The position numbers and the translations under genes are program-made. Positions 1 to 11,159 of a stretch of 64,000 nucleotides of DNA are shown here, one piece after another. The notes below the pieces were generated by a model. It did not search any database. It saw only the letters and a list, made by a program, of their open reading frames with translations, and was not told the origin of the DNA. Source of the DNA: an uncultured Bacteroidota bacterium (GTDB lineage: Bacteria; Bacteroidota; Bacteroidia; Bacteroidales; GCA-2748055); the NCBI GenBank assembly GCA_963716765.1, contig CAVQUO010000022.1, positions 393,913-457,912 on the forward strand. Direction: 5' to 3'. How positions within the stretch are numbered: position 1 is the first letter of the stretch; every line of letters begins with the position of its first letter.

Positions 1-473
1 GACGGGGATAAGATCATCATTAAGAAGAAGATCAATCTGGGTATTGCAGTTTCTCTTCCCGGATAACAACCTGATTGTTCCAAATATCAAGGATGCTGAT
101 TCTCTGAATCTTACCGGGATTACCAAGAAAATGAATGAACTGGCTGCGGCAGCCAGAAGCAATAAACTGAATCCGGATGATATCAGCGGAGGAACTTTTA
201 CGGTAACCAACTTTGGAACCTTTCAAAATGATATTGGAACCCCCATTATCAATCAGCCGGAAGTGGCCATTCTTGCCGTGGGAGCCATTAAGAAAAAACC
301 TGCGGTACTTGAGACTGAGCATGGGAGATGTGATTGCCATCAGACAAAAAATGTGGTTATCCCTTACCTACGACCACAGGATTATTGATGGTGCTCTGGG
401 AGGAGCATTCCTGAAACGACTGGGAGACTATATTGAATCATTTGATCCGGAGACCGGAAATTTTAAACTATAA
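1..473 (+). CDS. 2-oxo acid dehydrogenase E2 (dihydrolipoamide acyltransferase), C-terminal catalytic domain; 5' end outside window; one frame change near 320-330
   Basis: ORFs 44..388 and 213..473 join into ...TVTNFGTFQNDIGTPIINQPEVAILAVGAIKKKPAV...LSLTYDHRIIDGALGGAFLKRL, which carries the DHRxxDG acyltransferase motif. Confidence 0.85.
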
Positions 474-480
474 CTAAACA

Positions 481-2531
481 ATGTCAGAAGAAGAAAAGAT
501 ACAGCATAAAAAAAACAGATAAGGAGACCCTGGCAAAATGGTTTAAACTGATGCTGGTGGGGAGGGCCATTGATGACAGGGCCCCCAACTACCTGAAACA
601 GGCCATCGGCTGGTCCTACCATGCACCCTATGCAGGGCATGATGGAATTCAACTGGCCATTGGACAGGTATTTGACCGGGAACATGATCATCTTTTCCCC
701 TATTACAGGGATATGCTTACCACCCTTTCTGCCGGACTTACAGCCGAAGAACTGATTCTGAACGGAATATCCAAGAGATGCAGATGTGGCAGGTGGAGGA
801 AGGCACATGTCCAACCACTTTGCCAAAGCCCGAATGGAACATTCACAATGTATCCTCCTGTACCGGAAACCATACCCTGCATGCAGTGGGTGTTGCCAGG
901 GCCATAAAAAAATACAAGGTGCCAGGCGTGGCCATTAGCTCCCAGGGAGAATCTTCAGTTTCTGAAGGCTATGTTTATGAAGCCATTAATGGAGCCAGCA
1001 ATGAAAAGTTACCTGTTATTTTTGTGTTCCAGGACAATGGTTATGGGATTTCTGTTCCCAAGGCAGACCAGACAGCCAACCGGAAGGTGGCCAATAATTT
1101 CACCGGATTCAAGAATCTGAAGATTTTTCATTGCAACGGCAAGGATGTATTCGACAGCATGAATACCATGACTGAGGCCAAGGACTATGTGGCTGAGCAT
1201 GAACACCCTGTTATTGTTCAGGCCAACTGTGTCAGGATCCATTCTCATTCCAATTCCGACCGGCATGATCTTTACCGTGATGATTATGAACTGAATTATG
1301 TACATGATTATGATCCGCTGGCAAAATTCAGGCGACTTCTGCTCAGGTATGAACGATTTACTGAAGCAGAAATTGAAGCAACTTGAGAACGAAGCAAAAG
1401 AGATTGTAAAAGCAGCCCATAAGGTGGGAATGAATGCTCCGCATCCCACTCCGGAATCCATCCATGACTTTGTGATTCCTGAACCTTATGTCAGTGAAAA
1501 GTACCCTGAGGGACTGCATAATTATGAAGGGGAACCCAAAAAACTGATCGAAGGATTGAATGAGACCCTGAAAGCTGAATTCCGTCACAATCCGGATACC
1601 TTTATCTGGGGACAGGATGTGGCCAATAAGGATAAGGGCGGAATTTTCAATGTGACCAAGGGGATGCAGCAGGAATTTGGCAAGGAGCGGGTTTTCAATG
1701 GACCCATTGCTGAGGATTTTATCATGGGAACTGCCAATGGAATGAGCCGATTTAATGATAAACTCCGGATTGTGGTGGAAGGTGCCGAATTTGCTGACTA
1801 TTTCTGGCCTGCCATGGAACAGTTCGTGGAAACCACTCATGAATACTGGCGAACCAAAGGACAGTTTTCTCCAAATATTACAGTCCGACTGGCCTCGGGA
1901 GGATATATCGGAGGCGGACTTTATCACTCCCAGACCATTGAAGGCTCCCTGACTCCGCTGCCCGGAGTCAGGGTTGTTTACCCCAGTTATGCAGATGATG
2001 CAGCTGGATTGCTGCAGAACCAGCATACGGTCCAGGGGGATGACCCTTTTCCTGGAACCCAAAGCACTCTATAATGCCCCCAAGGTGGCCACTCCCATAC
2101 CGGATGATTTTGAAGTACCCTTTGGAAAAGCCAGGATCAGGCAGGAAGGGACGGACCTGAGCATGATTACTTACGGAAATACCACTCCCATGTGTGTGGA
2201 ACTGGCAGACAAATTTCAGCAAAGAGGGAATGGCAAGCCTTGAGGTACTGGACCTCCGTTCACTTGAGTCCGCTGGATACAGATGCCATTCTGGCAACTG
2301 TTAAGAAAACCGGAAAAGTACTTGTGGTTCATGAGGACAAGGTGTTTGGAGGATTTGGAGGAGAGGTTGTCTGCACAGATCAATGATCTGGCCTTTGAAT
2401 ACCTGGACGGCCCTGTGAAAAGAGTGGGATCAACCTTTACTCCGGTTGGATTCAACCGGATCCTGGAAGCAGCAATCCTGCCCAATGTAAAAAGAATCGA
2501 AGAGGCTGCCAAGGATCTTTTGAACTATTAA
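481..2531 (+). CDS. fused E1 alpha/beta subunit of a branched-chain/2-oxo acid dehydrogenase; about 6 frame changes
   Basis: ATG at 481, then an A8 run (508-515) followed by a premature TAA at 520-522. Fragments 551..907, 778..1386, 1298..2074, 1974..2243, 2192..2386 and 2283..2531 read colinearly as a TPP-dependent E1 alpha part (VIFVFQDNGYGISVP) followed by an E1 beta part (IFNVTKGMQQEFGKERVFNGPIAE, LVVHEDKVFGGFGGE). Confidence 0.85.
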
Positions 2532-2547
2532 GTCTAAACCCAACAGC

Positions 2548-3056
2548 ATGAATAAAACCGCAATCATATATAGTTTCAATACCAAGAAAACAGGTAAAAT
2601 TGCCGAGCAGAATCAGAGAGGCATTCAATGATGATCAGGTTGAAATGGTAAATGCCGAAGAGATCACTGAAGAGCTATTTCATCTCCTTCGACCAGATCA
2701 TCATGGGTGTACCCACCTGGTTTGATGGTGAACTTCCCAATTACTGGGATGAATTTGTTCCTGCACTGGAGGATCTGGATCTGAAAGGAAAAAAGATTGC
2801 CCTCTTTGGACTGGGAGACCAAAAAGGATATCCTGAAAATTTCCTGGATGGAATGGGAATCATGGCCGAAATCCTGGAAGAACAGGGAGCCACCCTGGTT
2901 GGATTCACCTCCACAGAAGGATATGAGTTTGAAAGCTCCAGAGCCCTGCGGGGTGATCAGTTTGCCGGACTGGCCATTGACTATGAAAACCAGGGATCCA
3001 TGAACAAGGAACGGGTTGCAGCCTGGGTGGAACAGCTCAAAAAGGAGTTTGCCTGA
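2548..3056 (+). CDS. long-chain flavodoxin; about 2 frame changes in the first 120 nt
   Basis: MNKTAIIYSFNTKKTGKIAE... then ORF 2652..3056 gives IIMGVPTWFDGELPNYWDEF...KKIALFGLGDQKGYPENFLDGMG, typical flavodoxin blocks. Confidence 0.8.
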
Positions 3057-3172
3057 TGCAATTCTATCCTCATGTCAATTTGATTCCCATTTCGGACATT
3101 AATATATGTTGAATAGCATATATTGCATATATTTACTTCTTTTGTGCTTGAATGTTAATCAGATAAAACTAC

Positions 3173-4680
3173 ATGACAATGGCAAAAGATCGAGTTTACA
3201 TTTTTGATACCACCTTGAGGGATGGGGAACAGGTTCCCGGATGTCAGCTGAATACCATTGAGAAAATTGAAGTGGCCAAGGCACTTGAGGAATTGGGAGT
3301 GGATGTGATTGAAGCCGGATTTCCCATTTCCAGTCCGGGTGACTTTAATTCTGTCGTGGAGATTAGCAAGGCAGTAACCGAACCAGTGATCTGTGGTCTT
3401 ACCCGGGCAGTAAAGAAGGATATTGAAGTGGCAGCCGAGTCACTGAAATTTGCCAAAAGGCCCCGAATCCATACCGGAATCGGAACATCCTATTACCATA
3501 TTTATCATAAACTGAACAGCAATCCGGAGGAGATTCTTCAGAGGGCTGTGGAAGCGGTAAAATATGCCAAATCCTTTGTGGAGGATGTGGAGTTTTATGC
3601 CGAGGATGCGGGACGTTCGGATAATAAATACCTGGCCAAGGTGGTTGAAGCCATGATTGATGCAGGAGCCACAGTGGTCAATATTCCTGACACCACAGGT
3701 TATACCCTTCCCGATGAGTATGGGAAGAAGATCAAATACCTGGTGGATCATGTATCCAATATCGACAAGGCCATTATTTCCACCCATTGTCACAACGACC
3801 TGGGAATGGCCACAGCCAATACCATGAGTGGTGTGATTAACGGGGCCAGGCAGGTGGAGGTAACCATGAACGGAATCGGTGAACGGGCAGGAAATACTTC
3901 CCTGGAAGAGATTGCCATGATCATGAAAAGCCGGAAGCATCTGAACCTGGTAACCAATATCAATTCAAAAAAGATCTACAGCACCAGCAGGCTGGTTTCC
4001 ACCCTGATGCGCATGCCCGTTCAGCCCAATAAGGCCATTGTGGGACAGAAATGCCTTTGCCCATTCTTCCGGAATTCACCAGGATGGTGTGTTGAAAAGA
4101 CGGGAAAATTATGAGATTATCAATCCGAAAACGGTAGGGATCAATGAATCTTCCATCCTGCTTACTGCAAGAAGCGGAAGGGCAGCCTTGAAACACAGGC
4201 TGGAAAAACTGGGTTATACCTTCAGCAAAAAGGCCCTGGATAACATCTATGATGAATTCCTGAAACTGGCCGATTCCAAAAAGGAGATTGTTGATGAAGA
4301 TCTGAAGGTACTTGCCGGAGCCAGTGCACGGGATATCAAGCGAAACCTTCATCTTGCATAACCTGCAGGTAGTCTGCGGTAAAGGTACCTCACCGGTGGC
4401 CACGGTAACCCTTGAATGGGAAGGGAATTGCCATACTGCCACTGCCAACGGAAATGGTCCGGTGGATGCAGCCATCAATGCGGTAAAGGATATCCTGAAG
4501 AAAAAGGTGAGAATCGAGGAATTCCTGATCCAGGCCATTACCCGGGGAAGCGATGATATGGGAAAAGTTCATATGCAGGTGGAACATAAAAATGTGGTCT
4601 ATTATGGCTTTTCAGCCTCCACTGATATTATTACCGCATCGGTGGAAGCTTTCATTGATGCCATGAGCCAGATTGTTTAA
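3173..4680 (+). CDS. leuA: 2-isopropylmalate synthase; 2 frame changes (about 4049 and about 4350)
   Basis: [28 protein letters not shown] and [15 protein letters not shown] motifs plus a C-terminal LeuA regulatory domain. Fragments 3173..4114, 4038..4361 and 4312..4680 are colinear. Confidence 0.9.
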
Positions 4681-4785
4681 CAGAGCAATCGCACTGCTTA
4701 TTAATTATTGTTTAAGATATATATCAGATCAATGCAACAAATTGGTCTGATATTTGTCATTTCTAGCAATATCTTCGTTTCCACA

Positions 4786-7132
4786 ATGAAGATTAGATTG
4801 ACTTATACAGTGCTTTTGCTTCTGGTTGTTCTTATACTCTCCTGCCCTGGAAGCTTTGGGAAGGTCATGTCAGCGGCTATGTTCGTGATGCAGCAACCGG
4901 AGAGGAGCTAATTGGAGCCAATGTGGCCATTCTGGAGACACGGCACAGGAACCATCACCAATGCCTATGGATATTATTCCCTTTCCTTGAACCGGGATTT
5001 TATACCCTGGTTTATTCCTATGTGGGATATGTAACGGAGACCCGTCCCATTGAACTGGGTGAGGATGTTGAATTGAATATGGAACTGACGTGAATCAACC
5101 CTGGAACTGGAAGAAGTTACCGTTTCGGCCGAAGCCGGAAATGCCAATATTACCCGGGTTGAGACTGGATCCACCAGCTTCCCATTCAATCCATCACGGA
5201 AAATCCCTGCCTTCATGGGAGAAGTGGATGTGATTAAGGCCATCCAGCTGCTGCCTGGGGTGCAGGTGACCAGCGAAGGATCCTCCGGATTCAGTGTCAG
5301 GGGAGGGAGTGCTGATCAGAACCTGATTCTTCTGGATGAGGCTACGGTTTACAATGCCTCTCACCTCCTGGGATTCTTTTCAGTATTTAACAACGATGCC
5401 ATCAAGGATGTAAAACTCTACAAGGGAGATATCCCGGCCAGTTCAGGAGGACGGCTGTCTTCCCTGCTGGATATCCGGATGAAGGATGGGAATAAGAAGC
5501 AATTCACTGCCACCGGGGGTATTGGAACCATCTCCAGCCGGCTGACCCTTGAAGGGCCTCTCTTTTCTGATAAGGTCTCTTTCCTGCTGTCGGCCCGAAG
5601 AACCTATGCCGACATTTTTCTTGCCTTTGCAAAAGATTCTGCAGTCAGGGACAATTCACTCTTTTTTTATGACCTGAATGGAAAGCTGAATTATACCATT
5701 AATGAAAAAAACAGGATCTTCCTTTCAGGCTATTTTGGCAAAGATGTGTTTGCCAATGATTTTGCCGGGATGTATTTCGGGAACCGAACTTTTACCTTCC
5801 GATGGAATCACCTTTTCAGTAAAAAACTTTTCAGCAATTTCACCCTGTTAAATTCCCACTATTTCTACGATCTGGGAACCCCTGAAAATTCCCAGCCCTA
5901 TTTTAACTGGATCTCCTTCCTGGATGACTATGGCGTGAAAGGCGGATTTTATCTGGTATCCATATGCCCGAGCATACCTTTCAGATATGGGATTTCCAGC
6001 ACCTATCATGTAATCAAACCGGGAGCAGTAACGTTGAGGATGAGGGTGGTGGAACCACTACATCGGAGCTGTCCATACAACCATGCCCTGGAGAGTGGAA
6101 TTTATTTTTCAGGGGAGTCAAAATTGGGAGAAAAGCTTGCCTTCCGCTATGGACTCAGGTATTCACTGTTTCAACAATGTGGGTCCGGCAACCATATTCA
6201 CTTACGATGAGCACTACGAGGTGACTGATTCAACCACTTACCAGAAGGGCGATTTTTTTAACATCTATCATGGACTTAGAACCACGACTGGCAGCCAACT
6301 TTCTCCTGAATGAAAGGAGCTCGTTGAAAGCCAGTTATTCCAGAACCAGGCAGTACCTGCAAATGGCCAGCAATTCCACTGCAGGTACTCCGCTTGATAT
6401 CTGGTTTCCGGCTTCCCCAAATATAGACCCACAGATTTCCGACCAGGTTTCAGTCGGATATTTCAGGAATTTCCTGGATAATAAGATTGAAACCTCCGTT
6501 GAACTCTACTATAAGAAAATGAGCAATTCCATCGATTTCAGGGATCATGCTCAGCTGTTTCTGAATCCACAACTGGAAGGTGAATTAAGAATAGGGGAGG
6601 CCACCTCCTATGGTGCTGAGTTTTACTTGAAATATGATCTCTCAAAATTTTCCGGATGGATCAGTTATACCTTTCCAAAACCACCAGGGATATTCCGGAA
6701 ATCAATGAAGGGAATACCCTATCCGGCTCCCTATGATAAACCCCATGATCTTGCCATTGTATTCTAACTTATGATATTTCACAAAGGATCAGTCTGGGAG
6801 CTAACTGGATCTACAGTACCGGGATTCCATTTACACTCCCTTCTGGAAGATATGAATTTGGGGAAACATTCTTCCCCTCTATACAGGAAGGAATGAATAC
6901 AGGTTGCCTGATTATCACCGGCTTGATCTTTCTGTAACCTTCCGGGGAAAGGAAAAACCAGGGAAGCGATGGCAGGGCGAGTGGAACATTTCAGTCTATA
7001 ATGCCTATGCACGAAAAAATGTATGGACCCTCAATTTCCAACAGGATGAAACCAATCCTGAAGTTAACCTATGCCGAGATGACCTACCTGTTTTCCATCA
7101 TTCCGGCCATAACCTATAATTTCACCTTCTGA
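4786..7132 (+). CDS. TonB-dependent receptor with N-terminal carboxypeptidase-regulatory-like domain; many frame changes
   Basis: Signal peptide MKIRLTYTVLLLL. Plug region DVIKAIQLLPGVQVTSEGSSGFSVRGGSADQNLILLDEATVYN. Barrel fragments 5215..6210, 6270..6767 and 6904..7119. The repaired C-terminus ...ITYNFTF ends in an aromatic residue. Confidence 0.85.
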
Positions 7133-8005
7133 TGAAAAAGCGGCACTATTTAAATATTCCTCTGATAGTGGCTCTGCTGATGCTTGCTGAATATATCTTG
7201 CACTGAAATTGTCCAGATTGATCTGGACTCCACTTATACCAGGCTTGTGGTGCAGGGAGAGATTACCACCGATTCGGTTTACCATCAGGTTCTCCTGACC
7301 CTTTCCAGTGATTACTTCTCCAACCAGGCAGCTCCCAGGGTATCAAATGCCGAGGTATACCTGGAATTTGATGATATCAGTCTCTAGCTGGAGGAACAGG
7401 ATACCCTTCCAGGATTATACCTTACTCCCTATGCCTTTCGGGGCGTAATTGGTACTACCTATGAATTAAGTATTGATCAGGTTGATGTGGATGAAAATGG
7501 CACTTATGAATCCTACCAGGCAAGTTCCACCATGCCCGGTGGAGTGATGCTTGATTCCATTCTCTTAAACTATTCTTCCACTCCTTTTTGGAAGCGGGTA
7601 TGAGGTATACATGTTTGCCCTTGATCCTCCATACGAAGGACTGGTATGGTTTGAATTTCTGGAAAAACAGCGAGTTGCTCACCCCAGACCTTGATCGATT
7701 ATAATATACAGCCTGACGATTTCTATAATGGAAAATATCTTTTTTATGGAATACCCATTGGCTTCTATTCCGATGATGAAACCGATGAACAATTGATTCC
7801 GGGCGATACCGTAACCCTTGAACTGCACAGCATTGAAGAGTGCTTATTACAATTTTGTGGGAGATGCCCAGCTGGAGATATTTGGAAACAATCCCTTATT
7901 CTCAGGACCCCCTGCCAATATCCGCTCCAACATCGACAATGGAGCCATCGGGGTCCTTTACTGCCTATTCCATCCACCGCGCCATCTGCTATAGTTCCGG
8001 AATAA
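7132..8005 (+). CDS. DUF4249-like lipoprotein partner of the TonB receptor; several frame changes; 3' end uncertain
   Basis: The ATG overlaps the receptor stop (TGATG at 7130-7134). Lipoprotein-like MKKRHYLNIPLIVALLMLA..C, then IVQIDLDSTYTRLVVQGEITTDSVYHQVLLTLS. Confidence 0.6.
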
Positions 8006-8017
8006 ATGACATAAAAA

Positions 8018-8046
8018 AAGAGGGTGCCCTTTTGAGACACCCTCTT
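8018..8046. terminator. bidirectional intrinsic terminator between convergent genes
   Basis: Stem aagagggtg (8018-8026) pairs with caccctctt (8038-8046); A-run upstream and T-rich tract downstream. Confidence 0.6.
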
Positions 8047-8070
8047 GTTTTATTCAGTGAAGTATGCTTT

Positions 8071-8568
8071 CTAGTAGATTCCAACCTGTTGTCTGTTCTT
8101 CACAATGATCTCAGGTATACCGTCAAAGGTGGTGATCAGACCGGTGATTGTCATGTGTTCACCCAGAAAGTAGCGTCTCAGGTCTCCAGCTGAATTTTCT
8201 TGCAACACGTCCCGGAAGAACAACTGTGAATTGCTGAGCAGGGTAAGTCCCCTCCAAAGAAGAGCAGGTAATCATCGGTTTCCTTGTTGTACCAGGTTGC
8301 ATAAACCCTGCCGTATACCATTGCCACCTCACCCAGGTTGTATTTTGCATCGAAAACGGAGATGGTCTGGATTCTGTACCCGTAATTATAGTTCCAGTGG
8401 TAGTTAGGATACCATCTGTGGTAATCGCTGTACATGCTATGGTGTCCAGTAAATCTCATGGTAAGCAGGGTAGTAAAGTACATTATAATGGTGTATGTAG
8501 GTATCCTGATGATAATGGGTCCTGACCTTGTTGGCAGGATAAACATTGATGATAGTGCTTTCCGCCAT
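8071..8568 (-). CDS. hypothetical protein: His/Tyr-rich N-terminal half plus OB-fold-like C-terminal domain; 2-3 frame changes; start uncertain
   Basis: Repaired reading MAESTIINVYPANKVRTHYHQDTYIHHYNVLYYPAYHEIYW..HSMYSDYHRWYPNYHWNYNYGY...KYNLGEVAMVYGRVYATWYNKETDDYLLFFGG...GEHMTITGLITTFDGIPEIIVKNRQQVGIY. The C-terminal pattern resembles small Bacteroidota OB-fold proteins, recognised from memory only. Confidence 0.45.
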
Positions 8569-8700
8569 AGTAGTGTTTCTCTGAAAACTTATTCTCCTTC
8601 ACAGTGGCTTTTTGTATGGTTAACACCGTAATTGGATTGGATTGTGATGTACTGAATTCGCGGCTTCTTTATGCCTAACCGGCCGACTTGCAGTTTCATT

Positions 8701-9000
8701 GTAGCCTGTGCTCGTCTATACCTGGGCTGTATTACTTGCGCATGAGTCCTTGCCTGGTTTGTAGGCTTATAGCCTGGGCTGCCTTACATTGGATAGGATT
8801 GGACTGAACCTCCCTGGCTTGTCGCTTATAAGCCTGGGTTTGTCTTGCATTGGTATGATTGGCCTGGACCTCCCTGGCTTGTGGCTTATAAGCCTGGGGT
8901 TGTCTTGCATTGGTATGATTGGACTGAACCTCCCTGGCTTTTGGTTTATAAGCCTGGGATTGCCTTACATTGGCAGGATTGGACTGAACCTTTCTTTCCT
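8701..9000. repeat. 60-bp tandem repeat, four good copies (8761-9000) plus one degenerate copy (8701-8760), coding
   Basis: Consecutive 60-nt blocks align directly, e.g. cctccctggcttgt(c/g)gcttataagcctggg(t/g)ttgtcttgcattggtatgattgg(c/a)ctg(g/a)a. Confidence 0.85.
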
Positions 9001-9145
9001 GGTTCTGTTTAGACTGAACCTGCCTTGGTTGAGCCTGATTGGCTTCGCTTCTCTTTTCGGTGCGAGCCGAAGCCTGACCATTTAAAGTACTGAAACCTAT
9101 GAACAGTACTGTAATTATCGCGGTAATGTGTCTGTTTGCTTTCAT
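8732..9145 (-). CDS. secreted Gln/Arg/Asn-rich repeat protein; the 3' end may be artificially truncated
   Basis: Signal peptide MKANRHITAIITVLFIGFSTLNGQA, then about 20-aa units REVQSN(H/P)xNxRQxQAYK(P/R)(Q/K)A encoded by the 60-bp repeat. Confidence 0.6.
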   Translation of the reverse strand: MKANRHITAIITVLFIGFSTLNGQASARTEKRSEANQAQPRQVQSKQNQERKVQSNPANVRQSQAYKPKAREVQSNHTNARQPQAYKPQAREVQANHTNARQTQAYKRQAREVQSNPIQCKAAQAISLQTRQGLMRK

Positions 9146-9271
9146 GATTTCCCGGTTTTAACTGTTCAACTTCTTTGCCTGATAAAGTTCAAAATCAGTG
9201 CCAAAAACCGGAAGTGTACGAAATACACCCACTAAAAAAAATCCATAACTTGCAGAATAACAGCGATGTTT

Positions 9272-9310
9272 TAAAATAGAAAGTCCCGGCTATTTTTTTA
9301 TAGCCGGGAC
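9272..9310 (-). terminator. intrinsic terminator downstream of the BlaI-like ORF
   Basis: 11-bp stem gtcccggctat / atagccgggac (9283-9310). On the minus strand it is followed by tttctatttt. Confidence 0.6.
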
Positions 9311-9424
9311 CTTCAGTAGCAGACAAATCTTAGGGTTAGTGTCTATCTTGCATGTAATCTTTTCCTGTTCAGTGCCTCCAAATATAAAGGATTAAAATTA
9401 GATTCCAAATTATAATCCCTCTCA

Positions 9425-9754
9425 TTAAGATCCATCGCTTTCCACATTCACATCTGCATCCATATCCACTTCAATTTCACTATCTTTATCCATCTCTGAG
9501 ACGGTGGTCCGCTTATTACCCAGTGCACTCAGAACAAGTTTGGTCGTATTTCCTCTAAATGCCGTTTTTATCACATGATTCAGGATATTAGTCTGGACAT
9601 CCCCTGGATCCATTTTAGGGGAGTAGATATTTGATCGCTGACCTGTATCCCTTACGAGCATCTTCTTTTCAGTCATGATCTGCATAATCTTCAATGTGGT
9701 AGTATAGCCGACCCTGCGGTCGAGATTCAGAAAATCGTTGACATTCCTAACAAT
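9425..9754 (-). pseudogene. BlaI/MecI/CopY-family winged-helix repressor lacking its first ~20 aa, with an acidic tail
   Basis: In frame directly after the AMMECR1 stop codon: IVRNVNDFLNLDRRVGYTTTLKIMQIMTEKKMLVRDTGQRSNIYSP... matches the helix2/helix3/wing part of BlaI. There is no upstream start codon and no adjacent M56 BlaR1 gene. Confidence 0.55.
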
Positions 9755-10342
9755 CTATTCTTCCGTGCTGGAGTCAAAAATAAGGGCCTCGTAGGTATAC
9801 AGGCGGGCCGATTTCCATCCATCCCAATCAAGACCGGCTTTATTTTGGGCACAATTCCCAAGAAACTCTTCAGCGGTCCACTGCTCTCTCACAGCAACCT
9901 GGGGTAGGAGGGTGCCCCGGTTTGATCCGGATTCCAAATAGATGCCATGCTTCCCAATTTCAATTTCTTCCGGGCCCTCTATGGCAATTCTGGGAGAAAG
10001 GACACTGATCTCGATCCTTAATTGCCCCATCTCATCTGCTCTGATCGGCAGAAACCTGGTATCCTTGGTGGCAGCAGAAAGAGCCATCTTTTTTATATTC
10101 TTATGAAGGGGCTTTTCCTCTGAAAATGTACCAATACACCCCCTGAGCTTCTCACCTACATAAATGCTCACAAAGGCTCCGCACCTGGTCTTGAGTATTT
10201 GGGGGATGATTCTTTCCTTCCTGGGCTTATTATCCTTCGGCATCAGGTGATAATGAACTTCATCGCGGGCAATTTCAAGGAGTAGCCTTTTTTCTTCTCT
10301 TGATAAATTCACAAGTAATTTTTTAGTTTCATTGGTAAACAA
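9755..10342 (-). CDS. AMMECR1 domain protein (AmmeMemoRadiSam system protein A); intact
   Basis: RCGAFVSIYVGEKLRGCIGTF...LRIEISVLSP...HGIYLESGSNRGTLLPQV are classic AMMECR1 blocks. Confidence 0.9.
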   Translation of the reverse strand: MFTNETKKLLVNLSREEKRLLLEIARDEVHYHLMPKDNKPRKERIIPQILKTRCGAFVSIYVGEKLRGCIGTFSEEKPLHKNIKKMALSAATKDTRFLPIRADEMGQLRIEISVLSPRIAIEGPEEIEIGKHGIYLESGSNRGTLLPQVAVREQWTAEEFLGNCAQNKAGLDWDGWKSARLYTYEALIFDSSTEE

Positions 10343-11159
10343 TCATTGAAATGTAATCAACCACTTCCGGAGAATGGACTACCTCTCCGGAATGGCCCCG
10401 CGCCAGAATTTTGACCTGATAGTCCGGATCAGTCGCCCTGGCATACTCCATTAAAGCCATAAGGGGCCCAAAGCCGCAAATGGAAAGATTGTGTTCCATT
10501 ACCACCCGTTCAACGCCCTGGGAATTTTTTGACAAAACCTGGTCCACCACATACTGGTCCATCTTTAGGCCTATATCCGGTGGAGCAAAATGTGAGAAAT
10601 CACAGGATGCCAGCACCATGATGTTCTGCCTGCTCTTTCTTGCTGCCTTCAGCAAACTTTCTGAGACCAGCTTTGCACTCTTATAAGACTGGTCCCGCAT
10701 GCACACTGCAACCATGGAGAAAGGATGTTCCGGAAGATAATATTGGATAAATGGGATTAGCACTTCAGCAGAGTGCTCTTCTGAATGAGCCTGGTGGTCA
10801 AAGGGAAGCTCCATTTCCTCAGCAAACCGGCGATTGATAGGGACCTCCCCAATGGCATTTTTCCAAAGATCTGAGTCATCGATGGCTATGTGGGCCCCCT
10901 TGCCTCTGTGGTTTGGATGAATGATCACAAAGGTATCCGGAAGGACTTTAAGATTATTCAATAATTTAAAGAAGGGCACGGTCTGATGCCCGGAATAGAT
11001 GTGACCGGCGTGGGGCAAAACGGCCCCCAAAATTCTGCGGATCTCCAGTGATTCGGGCAAGTATCTTGCCGCTTTATCAATCAGATCGATCTGGGCAAAA
11101 ATCTTTTGTTTGGTGGAAGGATAAAACCTGCCTTCCACGGCGGGTACTCTTTTTTTCAT
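10329..11159 (-). CDS. MEMO1-family protein (AmmeMemoRadiSam system protein B); intact
   Basis: PAVEGRFYPS...GAVLPHAGHIYSGHQ...ASCDFSHF are Memo/extradiol-dioxygenase-like blocks. It overlaps the AMMECR1 start by 14 nt. Confidence 0.9.
   Translation of the reverse strand: MKKRVPAVEGRFYPSTKQKIFAQIDLIDKAARYLPESLEIRRILGAVLPHAGHIYSGHQTVPFFKLLNNLKVLPDTFVIIHPNHRGKGAHIAIDDSDLWKNAIGEVPINRRFAEEMELPFDHQAHSEEHSAEVLIPFIQYYLPEHPFSMVAVCMRDQSYKSAKLVSESLLKAARKSRQNIMVLASCDFSHFAPPDIGLKMDQYVVDQVLSKNSQGVERVVMEHNLSICGFGPLMALMEYARATDPDYQVKILARGHSGEVVHSPEVVDYISMIVYQ

Noticed and set aside
8761-9000. Regular 60-bp periodicity that could suggest a CRISPR array
   Set aside because: There are no unique spacers between the repeats, because the units are contiguous and near-identical. 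They lie in one open reading frame behind a signal peptide. No cas genes are present in the window.
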